Of a DNA stretch of 64,000 nt, positions 37,487-47,250 are shown piece after piece. This stretch comes from Spirochaetota bacterium. GTDB lineage: Bacteria; Spirochaetota; UBA4802; JAFGDQ01. The position numbers and the translations under genes were made by a program. Every line of letters begins with the position of its first letter. Positions within the stretch are counted from its first letter, which is position 1. The stretch is taken from the NCBI GenBank assembly GCA_043803405.1, contig JAZDKB010000019.1, positions 171,840-235,839 of the forward strand. Reading direction: 5' to 3'. Under the pieces are notes generated by a model that saw nothing but the letters and a program-made list of their open reading frames with translations, was not told the DNA's origin and searched no databases.

Positions 37487-38860
37487 ATGAGCGAATCAAA
37501 GGATATAATTGAAACAAATATGCAAGCATCTAATATTTTTTTCTCCGTAAGGTTGCGCGATGATATTATTGCAGACCGTCCGGGGAACGGGCGAATCATA
37601 TTTATTAAAAACGGGATTAAATGTACGGATATTCCGGCGGACCATCCGCTTATCGAATCTTTGATTGCCAAATGGGTCACAGAGGCGACAATTGACCAGG
37701 AAGCCTCATCGGCATCCAATCCTTCAGTCATATATTATATTTTCGAAAAGCTGTTCTCCCTCGGCCTCCTTAAGGCACGATGCACACTTAACGAAAAATC
37801 CCTGTTCTCTGTTGTACCTGCCCCGGAGTGGCAGGCATGGCAGGGAAAGCTGCCTGCATCAGCGCATAGGCTTTCGCCATGCTTATGCCTACGGCAGAAT
37901 GAGCATGATTTTATTCTGGAGATGCCGCTTTCACAAAAGAAATGCATTATACATGATGGAAGGTGCATTATCTGGCTAATGGAGATTGTACAAGGAAGCA
38001 TTTCCATGCCTGTAAATGATGCAGCCCGTTCAGCATTTTATCTGGCATTATGGATGATGAATGCCCTTATATGTGATGAGGATTCCGATCCTTCCTGGGA
38101 GTTCCACGACTTGCTGTTCTTTCATCATTCAAGCATCGGCTTTCATGATGATGCTACCGGAGCGACCTGCAGGTTTAAGGATAAATCTTTGCCTGAGCCG
38201 CTTTTAAAGGCGATCACGGGGTTTTGTGTTTCGCTTCCTGAACCCGATGAGCGGCTTATGAAAAAGCTGAATACGCCTTTTGCCGAAGTGCTTGCAAAGC
38301 GCCGCAGCAGCCGTAATGTATGCGGATCACCGGCCCTCGAAGAAATAGGCGCTTTGCTTTTTGCATCAGCCCGCATTCAGAGCGTCAGGGACGATTCTAC
38401 GCATAGTTATTTTGTTTCATTGCGGCCTTCTCCCAGCGGTGGTGCATTGCATTCCATTGAAATATATTTATTTGTACGTCAATGCACAAATCTTGAAAGC
38501 GGAGTCTGGCGCTATGATCCAGGCCGGCATCAGGTGGAATCTGTTGCAGCGGACAATGAATTATTTGAAGCCTACATGAACAGCAATCCGTATGCTGCGG
38601 GACCGAACACAGCGCCTCCGTATCTTCGATTAGTGATGACATCTCGTTTTCAGCGGAACTCGTGGAAATACGAAAAGATCGCCTACCGTCTTGTTCTGCA
38701 GGATCTGGGCTGCCTGTATCAGACTATAAGTCTGGCAGCTGCAGCTCTGGGACTGGCAACCTGCATTCTCGGCGCAGTTGAAGCAAAGCGCCTTGGAGAG
38801 ATAATGAAGCTGGAACCTCTTATCGAACCGGTCATCGGGGAGATGATGTTATCGTCTTAG
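37487..38860 (+). CDS. SagB/ThcOx-type FMN-dependent dehydrogenase (azoline oxidase)
   Basis: C-terminal nitroreductase-like fold with LAKRRSSRN...LRPSPSGGALHSIEIY, typical of SagB-family TOMM dehydrogenases. Starts 4 bp after the cyclodehydratase stop. Confidence 0.8.
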   Translation: MSESKDIIETNMQASNIFFSVRLRDDIIADRPGNGRIIFIKNGIKCTDIPADHPLIESLIAKWVTEATIDQEASSASNPSVIYYIFEKLFSLGLLKARCTLNEKSLFSVVPAPEWQAWQGKLPASAHRLSPCLCLRQNEHDFILEMPLSQKKCIIHDGRCIIWLMEIVQGSISMPVNDAARSAFYLALWMMNALICDEDSDPSWEFHDLLFFHHSSIGFHDDATGATCRFKDKSLPEPLLKAITGFCVSLPEPDERLMKKLNTPFAEVLAKRRSSRNVCGSPALEEIGALLFASARIQSVRDDSTHSYFVSLRPSPSGGALHSIEIYLFVRQCTNLESGVWRYDPGRHQVESVAADNELFEAYMNSNPYAAGPNTAPPYLRLVMTSRFQRNSWKYEKIAYRLVLQDLGCLYQTISLAAAALGLATCILGAVEAKRLGEIMKLEPLIEPVIGEMMLSS

Positions 38861-39085
38861 CAAAAGTCTATTTCTCCAGCTCATTCAATGAATATGTTTT
38901 AATCTACTGAAGTTGGAGTTTAATATTTATCTTAAGATTAAAAGTTATTCTTTGAATAAGGGTACATTCTAAATTATCCGGTTTCTTCTTAAATTATTTT
39001 ATTTGTATTTTTTAATTTTTTATATTACCATAGATATTGATTCATGGCACTCCAGTTCTCTTTAGATTATTTCCTGGAGTTAATA

Positions 39086-40228
39086 ATGAAAAGAAAACCG
39101 GCCATAAGTATTCTTTTCCTGGTTACCTTAATAATATTTGCGTTATGCAGCAAGGAGAATGTGTGGGAGAAAGTCAACCGGACCGACTCTCCTGCTTATT
39201 TTGTTACTGTTCTTTCTACAACTCCCTCAAGCAATGAAACCTATGTTCCGACTAATTCACTTATAACGGTCACTTTCAGCGACAACATTCTGGCATCGAC
39301 ATTAAATGCGGCTACTATCTCCGTAAATAATGGTGTGACACCTTTAAGTATTTCATATGATTCAAATACAAAAACAGTCACATATTCGCCGCAGGCCAGC
39401 CTTTCCCAGAATACAACCTATACAGTAATTTTATCCAGAGAAATTACAAATTCAGCGGGTGAAGGACTATCTGTAGATTATTCATGGAGTTTCACTACAG
39501 TTTCCGGACTTGTACCCGAAATAGATTTATTCCAGGGTATATTTCCGTTAAATACGGGCAGCTTATACGACTTTGGGACAATACTGGATACGGAGACCCG
39601 CGCAATTGTCTTTACAATTAACAATTCAGGCGCAGGAAACCTTACAGTAAATAGTATTAGCCTGGGAGGGATTGATGCCGGCGAATTTACTCTTACAACC
39701 GGCGTTTTGCCTGCTACAGTTATAGCCGGCGGCCAGACCACATTTACTGCTACCTTTGACCCGAATTCAGCTGGAGTAAAGAACGCAAGTATTATTATAA
39801 GTAACGATGATGGCAACGAATCTTCATATACTGTTTATATAAAGGGCTATGCAGCCGGTACGGCCCAGCCGGAAATAATGCTCAGGCAGGGACTGACTGA
39901 GTTTGTTGCAGGATACAATTACGATTTCGGGACAGTGCTCGTAGGTTCCTCCAGTTCTGCCGTTACCTTTACAATTTATAACATCGGCAATGATGTCTTG
40001 AATATAAGCTCTATTGCTCTTGATTCCGGTGACCCGGACATTGGCAACTTCATCCTGGATACATCAGGCACTTCCTTTATTGTTGCAGCTCAATCAAACA
40101 CAACTTTTACAGGCCGCTTTGCTCCAATCGAAGCGGGAGTCGTACTCGTCCAGCTTCGAATTGAGAGCAATGACATAGATGAAAGTTCCTTTATGTTCAA
40201 ATTTAAAGGCAGGGGGGCAAATCCATAA
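39086..40228 (+). CDS. lipoprotein with N-terminal Ig-like domain and two tandem ~110-aa beta-sandwich repeats
   Basis: Signal peptide plus lipobox (LIIFALC). The internal repeat (YDFGT[IV]L...FTI.N.G...L....I.L.G.D...F.L) occurs twice. Start at the ATG after a ggag SD. Confidence 0.55.
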   Translation: MKRKPAISILFLVTLIIFALCSKENVWEKVNRTDSPAYFVTVLSTTPSSNETYVPTNSLITVTFSDNILASTLNAATISVNNGVTPLSISYDSNTKTVTYSPQASLSQNTTYTVILSREITNSAGEGLSVDYSWSFTTVSGLVPEIDLFQGIFPLNTGSLYDFGTILDTETRAIVFTINNSGAGNLTVNSISLGGIDAGEFTLTTGVLPATVIAGGQTTFTATFDPNSAGVKNASIIISNDDGNESSYTVYIKGYAAGTAQPEIMLRQGLTEFVAGYNYDFGTVLVGSSSSAVTFTIYNIGNDVLNISSIALDSGDPDIGNFILDTSGTSFIVAAQSNTTFTGRFAPIEAGVVLVQLRIESNDIDESSFMFKFKGRGANP

Positions 40229-40231
40229 GAT

Positions 40232-42829
40232 ATGGCTAACTCCATAAAATTTAAAAAAGGCAAAGAAGAAAAATATCTTTTTTATAATTCTTATAAAAAA
40301 ATTCCCGATCTGAATAGAAATAAAGCAGAGCTGGAAAAAGAACTCATGATTGATAGAATGAGTCGTGAAGGAATAAAGACCTGTCTCGTTGTATATTCGG
40401 GGAATGAATGTAAGGATATATGCGGGCATATGATTTCGATTTATAAAAAGCACGGTATAGAGATGATAACCCTGTATTTTCAGTTCCGCGGAACCGAAAA
40501 TTATAAACTGATTAAAAAAGCTGCGGATAATCTTTTGCAGCGGCTTGGCAAACAAAACTGTATATTGCTGTCTTTCGACGATAACAAGCTTTTGCATTTA
40601 TTTATTGTTTTATTTTTTATTAATATAAAAAAATCTCCTTTGCAGGCTGTCAGCACCGCCAGGCATCTTTCCACAATCGGAAAATATGCAGGTTTTGAAG
40701 AAAAAATTATTAATGGTTTTTACCGGTATTTTATAGCACATTCGGTAAAGGACAATCATAAACATTCCGCTCCCAAACCTTGGAATAAAAAAAATGAATC
40801 CCCTGAAGATGTATCCGGATCTGACCGCACAGAGAATACAAATGGCCGGGATAAAAAAATTTTACCTGTTGAAGACCGTGAAAAATTTGTAATTGTTAAT
40901 GGGAATGGCAAGCCTGCTGAAGGTTTGAAAATACATCACGTTTCTTTTTCTACGGTACTACACTGGCTGGGTTTATTCAGGCAGTCAATCCAGTTCAAAC
41001 TCATGCTGATCGTTTCCGGTTTGCTTACATCCGCAATGCTTGTAATGATACTGCTCGCGACGCATTTCTTTAAATCGGACAATGAGACACGCGTGCAGGA
41101 GAATAATCTGAACATATCTACTATTATGGCGGACAAGATAAAGACCGACATTCTTGCAGTTGCCGGAAAAGCAAAGTCTATAGCATTGACTTCCTTTCAG
41201 GAAGGCGGCCTGAACAGGGAAACAGGAATTTCCGCGGATTTGTTGATCAAAGACGAAAAGGATTTCGTTTATGTCGGGCTGGCTAAAAGAGTAAATCATA
41301 TTCCATCCGTACGGTCAATAAAAGGAATAATCAACAGTAGTTATATCGAAGGTAAAGGTCTGCGCGGAAAGGATCTAGAAGTTCTTAGCCTGACACGCGA
41401 AAAGTTATTTTCCAGGTCGTACAATTCAGAAATTATAGTTGCCAATCTTTCCAGGGAAATCAGGTCTCCGCTTCTTGCTCTTAGTTTCCCGTTTGAGATA
41501 ATAAAAGGGTCGGTGGAGTCGGTCCTTCTCGTGTATATTAATCCGAACAGGCTTATAAAAAATTTTTCAAGTTCCGGGATTACGGAAACATTTTTAGTGA
41601 ACCTTGACGGAGACGTACTGGCGCATACGGATGCAAACCTTTTATTGATGAACACAAATTTTTTAAACAGTCCCATAATTAAGAAAATGTTGTCAAGCAC
41701 GATCGACAACGGCCAGACGAGATATAGAGGAGAAGACAACAGGGTATACCTCGGCTCCTTTAAAAAAGTGGGAATAGGCGGTCTCGGCATCGTTTCAACT
41801 GTTCCGGAAGCAAAGGCTTTTGAAGAAGTGTATAATATTCAGAAAAGAAATATTTATATTCTTTTGATAATACTCAATATTTCCATACTTGCGGTATTTT
41901 TCTTCAGCAAAACCATGACAAAGCCAATTATTGAGCTTGTCGGCGAAACCGAGAAAATCAAGAACGGGAATTATAATGTCCGGCTTAAGCCAAGGACAAA
42001 AGATGAGATAGGCATTCTGACAGATTCATTTGCGGATATGAGCAAAGGCCTTCAGGAGCGCGAAAGAATAAAAACAGCTTTTGGAAAATTCGTCAACCCT
42101 GAAATAGCCGAAATGGCTATGCATCAGGAAATGCAGCTCGGCGGAGAAAAGAAAAATGCGGTCGTCATGTTCTGCGACATAAGATCATTCACAGCCATAT
42201 CGGAAAGCCTTTCCCCTGAACATGTCGTTGAATTTCTTAATAATTATCTCACGCGAATGGTGCAATGTATAAATGATAATTTCGGCGTTGTGGATAAATT
42301 TATCGGCGATGCTATAATGGCGGTCTGGGGCACGCCTGTTTCGAGCGGTAATGACATTCAGAATGCCGTTCACAGTTCGCTGCAGATGAGATACCAGCTG
42401 GAGCTTTTTAACATGGACAGGGGCATCCCCGGTAAACCGGTTATAAAGATGGGGTGCGGAATAAATGCCGGCCCTGTTATCGCCGGCCAGATAGGGTCAT
42501 CTGACAGAATGGAATATACTGTGATCGGCGACACTGTTAATCTCGCGTCGCGCATCGAAGGTTTGAACAAGGCATTCGGTACGGATATCCTCCTGACTGA
42601 AGAGACTTACAGGCAAATCAGTAAAACAGTGAAAGCTGTAAAAATGCCTGCAGTAACTGTGAAGGGTAAAAAAGATCCGCTTTATGTTTACGCAGTACTC
42701 GGCAGTGCCGACGATCCGGATACACCGGGCGATCTCAGCCAGCTGCGGAAACTGCTGAGAACAAACTCGAATGCGCCCGCGGGAGAAGGAGTAGTGCTCA
42801 ATGAAAGCAAATATAAAGTTATTGAATAG
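40232..42829 (+). CDS. membrane-bound class III adenylate/guanylate cyclase with periplasmic sensor and HAMP domain
   Basis: The C-terminal cyclase domain (VVMFCDIRSFTAISESL...FIGDAIMAVWG...) is preceded by a HAMP domain and two TM helices flanking a ~280-aa periplasmic domain. An N-terminal ~240-aa cytoplasmic region is of unknown function. Confidence 0.85.
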   Translation: MANSIKFKKGKEEKYLFYNSYKKIPDLNRNKAELEKELMIDRMSREGIKTCLVVYSGNECKDICGHMISIYKKHGIEMITLYFQFRGTENYKLIKKAADNLLQRLGKQNCILLSFDDNKLLHLFIVLFFINIKKSPLQAVSTARHLSTIGKYAGFEEKIINGFYRYFIAHSVKDNHKHSAPKPWNKKNESPEDVSGSDRTENTNGRDKKILPVEDREKFVIVNGNGKPAEGLKIHHVSFSTVLHWLGLFRQSIQFKLMLIVSGLLTSAMLVMILLATHFFKSDNETRVQENNLNISTIMADKIKTDILAVAGKAKSIALTSFQEGGLNRETGISADLLIKDEKDFVYVGLAKRVNHIPSVRSIKGIINSSYIEGKGLRGKDLEVLSLTREKLFSRSYNSEIIVANLSREIRSPLLALSFPFEIIKGSVESVLLVYINPNRLIKNFSSSGITETFLVNLDGDVLAHTDANLLLMNTNFLNSPIIKKMLSSTIDNGQTRYRGEDNRVYLGSFKKVGIGGLGIVSTVPEAKAFEEVYNIQKRNIYILLIILNISILAVFFFSKTMTKPIIELVGETEKIKNGNYNVRLKPRTKDEIGILTDSFADMSKGLQERERIKTAFGKFVNPEIAEMAMHQEMQLGGEKKNAVVMFCDIRSFTAISESLSPEHVVEFLNNYLTRMVQCINDNFGVVDKFIGDAIMAVWGTPVSSGNDIQNAVHSSLQMRYQLELFNMDRGIPGKPVIKMGCGINAGPVIAGQIGSSDRMEYTVIGDTVNLASRIEGLNKAFGTDILLTEETYRQISKTVKAVKMPAVTVKGKKDPLYVYAVLGSADDPDTPGDLSQLRKLLRTNSNAPAGEGVVLNESKYKVIE

Positions 42830-44966
42830 CAGCATTGTTGTCACAACCTTATGCGTTTTACTGACAATACTGTTTTCAGCCATGCTTTATTCGAGTTACA
42901 GTACAAAAAAAGATATTATGTTAAAGGATAATGTCGGCGTCCTGTCCTTTAAAAAGGAGTCAGCTCTCAGGAAATACGGCGGCCAGGTGGTCTGGGAAGA
43001 TATTACGCAGGATATGCCTGTATACAATGGCGACACGCTTAGAACAGAAAAATTTTCCGAAGCTGTTATAAAACTTAAAGACGGAACACGCATAACCATG
43101 GAATCCGACAGCATGATAATTTTGTCGTTCTCAAAGGAGAGCATTGATATCGGGTTTAATTACGGATCGATATCCGCAAAAAGAGATGCCGGATCGGAGC
43201 AATTCGGGAGACTAAAAATTGATGCAGGCCGTATGAGTCTTAATGTCGGGCAAAGCAGCCTGCAGCTTAAAGGCCGCAGCGATGCGGCAATGAATGTTTC
43301 CGTGCACGAAGGAAGCGCGGACATTGTCAGCGGGAACAAAGTTGTAAAGCTAACGAACAGGGAGCAGGCGGTTATAACTAAAAATTCCGACGAGCTCCAT
43401 ATATCGCCTGTTTCATTAAGCCTGCTCGAACCTGAAAACAGCAAATATATAACCGCCGCATCTGACACTGTAAATATCAGCTTTAAATGGCAAAAGAACG
43501 GGAAAGCCGGCAGCACAACCTTCGAACTTTCAGACGATTCATCATTTAGTGATAAACTTGTCGCCAGGGAGATTAACCGGAATAGCCTGGAGCTTAACAT
43601 CAGGCCGGGTATTTATTACTGGAGATTGCAGGCTGATCAGGATAAGACGGATAAAAAAATTTACAGCGATATTTTTAAATTTACTTTTATAAAAGAGCCT
43701 CCTGTTAAGCTTGTTCATCCGGCAGATGGACAGCGCTTTTCATTTTATTCAGCAGCGCCTCCAATAAGCTTTCAATGGCAAAAAAGCCCGACCGCATCAT
43801 TGTACAGACTTGTAGTTTCCGGAGATGCTGCTTTTTCAAAAGCGCATATTGCAGGAGATACTGACGGGGAGACTTTGACCGACTTTACTCTCGGTGAGGG
43901 AACATGGTACTGGAAGGTTATCGTAAAGACGCCTTTCAGCGAGGATTATATCGATACCGGCGCTGTTAAAAGAAGCTTTTCAATATTGAAAATGAAAAAG
44001 CTTCCACAACCGGAACTGGTTTTTCCTGAGGAGAACAGGAAATTTCAGGTTGAGTGGTTAAGGAAAAACAGGCTGTATTTCAACTGGGAAAAATCGCAGG
44101 AATTAGTTTCATCTGAATTTATTTTGGCCGGCGACAAAGATTTTAAAAATATTTTAATACGCAAAATTATTCCCGGCAGCTACATTTCTCTCGAAGAGCT
44201 TCTTCCCGGTTCATACTTCTGGAAAGTAATATCCTGGACGCAGAAAAACGATCTCCGGCTTTCATCGGCCGCCAGGCATTTTTCTGTATTAAAGGAGATG
44301 AAAATATCCCTTCTGTCTCCGCCCGATAAATTAAAACTTGAAAAGCCTTTTAGCCTGAATAAATTGCCTGTTCAGTTCAAATGGGAATGCAATAACTCAG
44401 AAGCTTTATGTTCTTTTGAAATGTCGGGTTCCCGGGACTTCGGAGAAAATATATTAAAAAAAGAAATTAAAGAAAATGTTTTTAACCTTGATGATATAGG
44501 AAACGGCACTTTTTACTGGAGAGTGAATGCGATGGATGAACGCCGGAACATTGTACAAATAACTCCTGTCCGTGAATTGCATATCATCCCGACTCTGGAT
44601 AAACCGGTGCCGATTGTTCCGCAGAATCAAAGTATTATTAATATGAGAGACAGAAATTCACTCGAAATGTCATGGAGCAGGATCACAGGCGCTCAGGTAT
44701 ATATCGTAAGATTATATTATCTTCACGGCACGGAATTTTTAAAAGTCCATGAGGCAAGGACTATACAAAACAGTCTTAGGTTGACCAACCTGTCAATGCT
44801 GAACAGGGGCAGGTTTTCATGGACTGTAACAGGCAGCCGCATGGAGAAGGATGACGGAACAAAGGCAATCAACAGCCCTGAGGGCAAAGGTTATTTTGAA
44901 ATAACACTGGGCAAAAAACTCGACGAACCTAAAATAATATCCCCGGATATTCAGTACAGACAATAA
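42801..44966 (+). CDS. FecR-domain protein with multiple ~85-aa tandem beta-sandwich repeats
   Basis: Signal/TM anchor, then a FecR-like domain (VVWEDITQDMPVYNGDTLRTEKFSEAVIKLKDGTRI). At least 5 repeats share the motif F.W....A..Y...[VI]S.D..F ... G.[YW]YW[RK]V. Confidence 0.6.
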   Translation: MKANIKLLNSSIVVTTLCVLLTILFSAMLYSSYSTKKDIMLKDNVGVLSFKKESALRKYGGQVVWEDITQDMPVYNGDTLRTEKFSEAVIKLKDGTRITMESDSMIILSFSKESIDIGFNYGSISAKRDAGSEQFGRLKIDAGRMSLNVGQSSLQLKGRSDAAMNVSVHEGSADIVSGNKVVKLTNREQAVITKNSDELHISPVSLSLLEPENSKYITAASDTVNISFKWQKNGKAGSTTFELSDDSSFSDKLVAREINRNSLELNIRPGIYYWRLQADQDKTDKKIYSDIFKFTFIKEPPVKLVHPADGQRFSFYSAAPPISFQWQKSPTASLYRLVVSGDAAFSKAHIAGDTDGETLTDFTLGEGTWYWKVIVKTPFSEDYIDTGAVKRSFSILKMKKLPQPELVFPEENRKFQVEWLRKNRLYFNWEKSQELVSSEFILAGDKDFKNILIRKIIPGSYISLEELLPGSYFWKVISWTQKNDLRLSSAARHFSVLKEMKISLLSPPDKLKLEKPFSLNKLPVQFKWECNNSEALCSFEMSGSRDFGENILKKEIKENVFNLDDIGNGTFYWRVNAMDERRNIVQITPVRELHIIPTLDKPVPIVPQNQSIINMRDRNSLEMSWSRITGAQVYIVRLYYLHGTEFLKVHEARTIQNSLRLTNLSMLNRGRFSWTVTGSRMEKDDGTKAINSPEGKGYFEITLGKKLDEPKIISPDIQYRQ

Positions 44967-44970
44967 AACA

Positions 44971-46128
44971 ATGAATAAATTAAAATTTATACTGATTTTT
45001 TTTATTCAGCCAATGGCTGTTATGTTTTTATTATCTGCGGGAGGCATGGGGTATGCAGAAGAAGAAATAAATAAACTTCATTTAAAATGGGAACCAGTAC
45101 AGGGAGCTATTGAATACCAGATTGAAATTCAGGATGCATCCGGAAAGGAAGCTCTGAATGTCAAAACAGGGGACACTGAACTTGATTTCAACCTCCCTCC
45201 GGGCGACTACAGAGTAAGAATAGGCGCTGTCAACAAGTTCAATAAGGTGGATACCTGGTCCTCGTGGAATCCCCTTAAGGTTAAAAAAATTTTTGTGCCG
45301 GTTATATACGGGCTTTCAAAAAATAAATTCATTAGCGGTACAGAAGAGAAGGATTTGCAAATTTCAGGCAGGGATATTGAAAAAGATGCTGCAATTTACA
45401 TTAAAAACAAAAGCGCAAGTTATCAGATACGCGACTTCAGATATGTAAACAGCAGTACAATTAATTTTGATTTGGATGTTTCCGGGATTGAAGCCGGTGA
45501 TTACGATCTGGTAGTTATTAATCCCGGCGCTCCGGAGGCAAAGAGTCCGGAAAAGGTGATTGTGTCCGGCAAACCATGGATATCCTCAACCATGGCACGG
45601 GATGCCGGAGCCGGTATATCCGCAGGTTACTCCTATACTCAGCTCCTTTCGCCGTGGACAGATGTATATAAACAATCTCTCATTGGATTTAACCTGCTAT
45701 TGACTGCGGATTCAGCTTTGATAAAATCAGTGAGCATGATTCCCGTACTTAACAGGACAGGAGTGGATATTGAAATGAATTATTCTTCTCTGGTAGGTAA
45801 AGAAAGGGCCGGAATTGTCCGCACCGATATGTCGCTCATTATGCTCGGCGGAAGCATATATTTCAGGATACCGGTTATAGGGAAATCTTCCGTAAGATTA
45901 AAAGCAGGCGGCGGTATTGCAGTCTCGGATGTAAAGGAAGATGCGCTTTACTCCGCTTCGCAGAATTACCGGTCAACGGATTTTTATTATTCAGCAGGCA
46001 TTAATTATAATTTTCCCTTGGGCAGGCTTGTGTTTATTGAAGCAGGGATTTCATATTATCATGTTCTTTATAGTGATAAAGGAATGAATAGTATAAAATA
46101 TTCATTCGGGATCGGGATTATTTTCTAA
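44971..46128 (+). CDS. putative outer-membrane beta-barrel protein with N-terminal repeat-like domain
   Basis: Signal peptide. The N-terminal domain (LKWEPVQGAIEYQIEIQD...GDYRVRIGAVN) resembles the repeat unit of the preceding gene. The C-terminal half has alternating hydrophobic strands and a terminal F (FGIGIIF). Confidence 0.45.
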   Translation: MNKLKFILIFFIQPMAVMFLLSAGGMGYAEEEINKLHLKWEPVQGAIEYQIEIQDASGKEALNVKTGDTELDFNLPPGDYRVRIGAVNKFNKVDTWSSWNPLKVKKIFVPVIYGLSKNKFISGTEEKDLQISGRDIEKDAAIYIKNKSASYQIRDFRYVNSSTINFDLDVSGIEAGDYDLVVINPGAPEAKSPEKVIVSGKPWISSTMARDAGAGISAGYSYTQLLSPWTDVYKQSLIGFNLLLTADSALIKSVSMIPVLNRTGVDIEMNYSSLVGKERAGIVRTDMSLIMLGGSIYFRIPVIGKSSVRLKAGGGIAVSDVKEDALYSASQNYRSTDFYYSAGINYNFPLGRLVFIEAGISYYHVLYSDKGMNSIKYSFGIGIIF

Positions 46129-46136
46129 TTAAATAT

Positions 46137-46787
46137 TTAAAATCCAAGCTCAACTGGTGTAAGAATAACAGTAAAGTCAGTCAGCATTGGCCTGTAATCG
46201 ATTATAGTAGTAACCCTGCAGATTGTTTTAGGAGGCCTGCAGTCTGCACAGAAGCCGGTTTTAGCGCACGGGGTTTCCATATTCCCTCTTTTTGTGTTCA
46301 TTGCGCTTGCGGTATTTTTCGCGCGGTAAATTGCGTCATCCAGATCCTTCGCGATTTTATTTGCGCTTATGACAGCAATGACGTGCTTTGGCCCGAATAT
46401 CATAGCCGCGACCCTGTTGCCGATTCCGTCTATATTAATAATTCTGCCGTCCCGGGTTACGGCGTTCGCACTCGTTAAAAAATAATCGGATGTAAGCTGG
46501 CCTTTTCGCGTTTCAAGACTTTGTTCAGGTGTCAGGTTTTTTTCCCAGTGATCCAGTAAAGTGTTGCCGCGGTCCCTTAATAATTTGTCTATGCCGATTT
46601 CGCGCAATGTTATTGATCCGCCCAATCCGACTCTCGCGTTTGCAGGGATTGTCTTTACCATGTAATCAGCAATATCGTTTATAGTATTTAATATAACTAC
46701 ATTGAAATCTCTTTTAGTCAGATTATCTTTTACTTCTTTTAAAATAACTTCGTTATGCCAGTTTTTAATCTCGTTAAATTGGTTCAT
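46137..46787 (-). CDS. LUD-domain protein (LutC/YkgG-like lactate utilization family)
   Basis: 216 aa. Motifs GLGGSITL, NAVTRDGRIINIDGIGNRVAAMIFGP and CxxCxxxC-like CAKTGFCADC are consistent with the LUD/DUF162 family. Confidence 0.7.
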   Translation of the reverse strand: MNQFNEIKNWHNEVILKEVKDNLTKRDFNVVILNTINDIADYMVKTIPANARVGLGGSITLREIGIDKLLRDRGNTLLDHWEKNLTPEQSLETRKGQLTSDYFLTSANAVTRDGRIINIDGIGNRVAAMIFGPKHVIAVISANKIAKDLDDAIYRAKNTASAMNTKRGNMETPCAKTGFCADCRPPKTICRVTTIIDYRPMLTDFTVILTPVELGF

Positions 46788-46908
46788 TTTTTCTCTCTTA
46801 AATTATTCTTTGCTGCGTTATTACAACTCATCTTAAAATTAATATTTCCATTTAAAGTCAGATATTTATGTAAAAACATATTCCCGGGATATGTTCCAAT
46901 AACAGGTA

Positions 46909-47250
46909 TTACGAAACTCTGAGTTCGGTCTTCCCTATCCTTATAACATCGCCGGATTTCAGCTCTATTTTCTGATCTTTCGGAACCGGGTGATTGTTTA
47001 CATACGTGCCGTTTGTACTGCATAGGTCGCTGATGTAATAACAGCCCTTCACGTGCTCTATGAGCGCGTGTTTTCTGGAAATAAGCGGATCGTCTTTAAT
47101 TGAAATGGCGTTTGCTTCATTTCTGCCGATGTAAATATTTTTTACAACATCAACACTTCTTTCCTTAAACTTTATTGAGATTGCTTTTGTCTTGATTTCG
47201 TCGTTGATTTTTTTGCCGTCTTTTGCTCTTTTATAAACTGTAATGTCCAT
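46909..47250 (-). CDS. FHA domain protein
   Basis: 113 aa. FHA core (IGRNEANAISIKDDPLISRKHALIEHVKGCYYISDLCSTNGTYVNNHPV...GDVIRIG). Start set at the internal ATG (MDITVYK). Confidence 0.75.
   Translation of the reverse strand: MDITVYKRAKDGKKINDEIKTKAISIKFKERSVDVVKNIYIGRNEANAISIKDDPLISRKHALIEHVKGCYYISDLCSTNGTYVNNHPVPKDQKIELKSGDVIRIGKTELRVS

Noticed and set aside
36856-37731. 291-aa minus-strand ORF antisense to the YcaO/SagB genes
   Set aside because: It lies inside two high-confidence plus-strand genes. Its composition is Ser/Arg/Pro-rich, a reverse-frame artefact.
46784-47023. 79-aa minus-strand ORF overlapping the FHA gene 3' region
   Set aside because: It is in a different frame overlapping the FHA-domain gene and the LUD gene start. 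It has no SD or recognisable motif.
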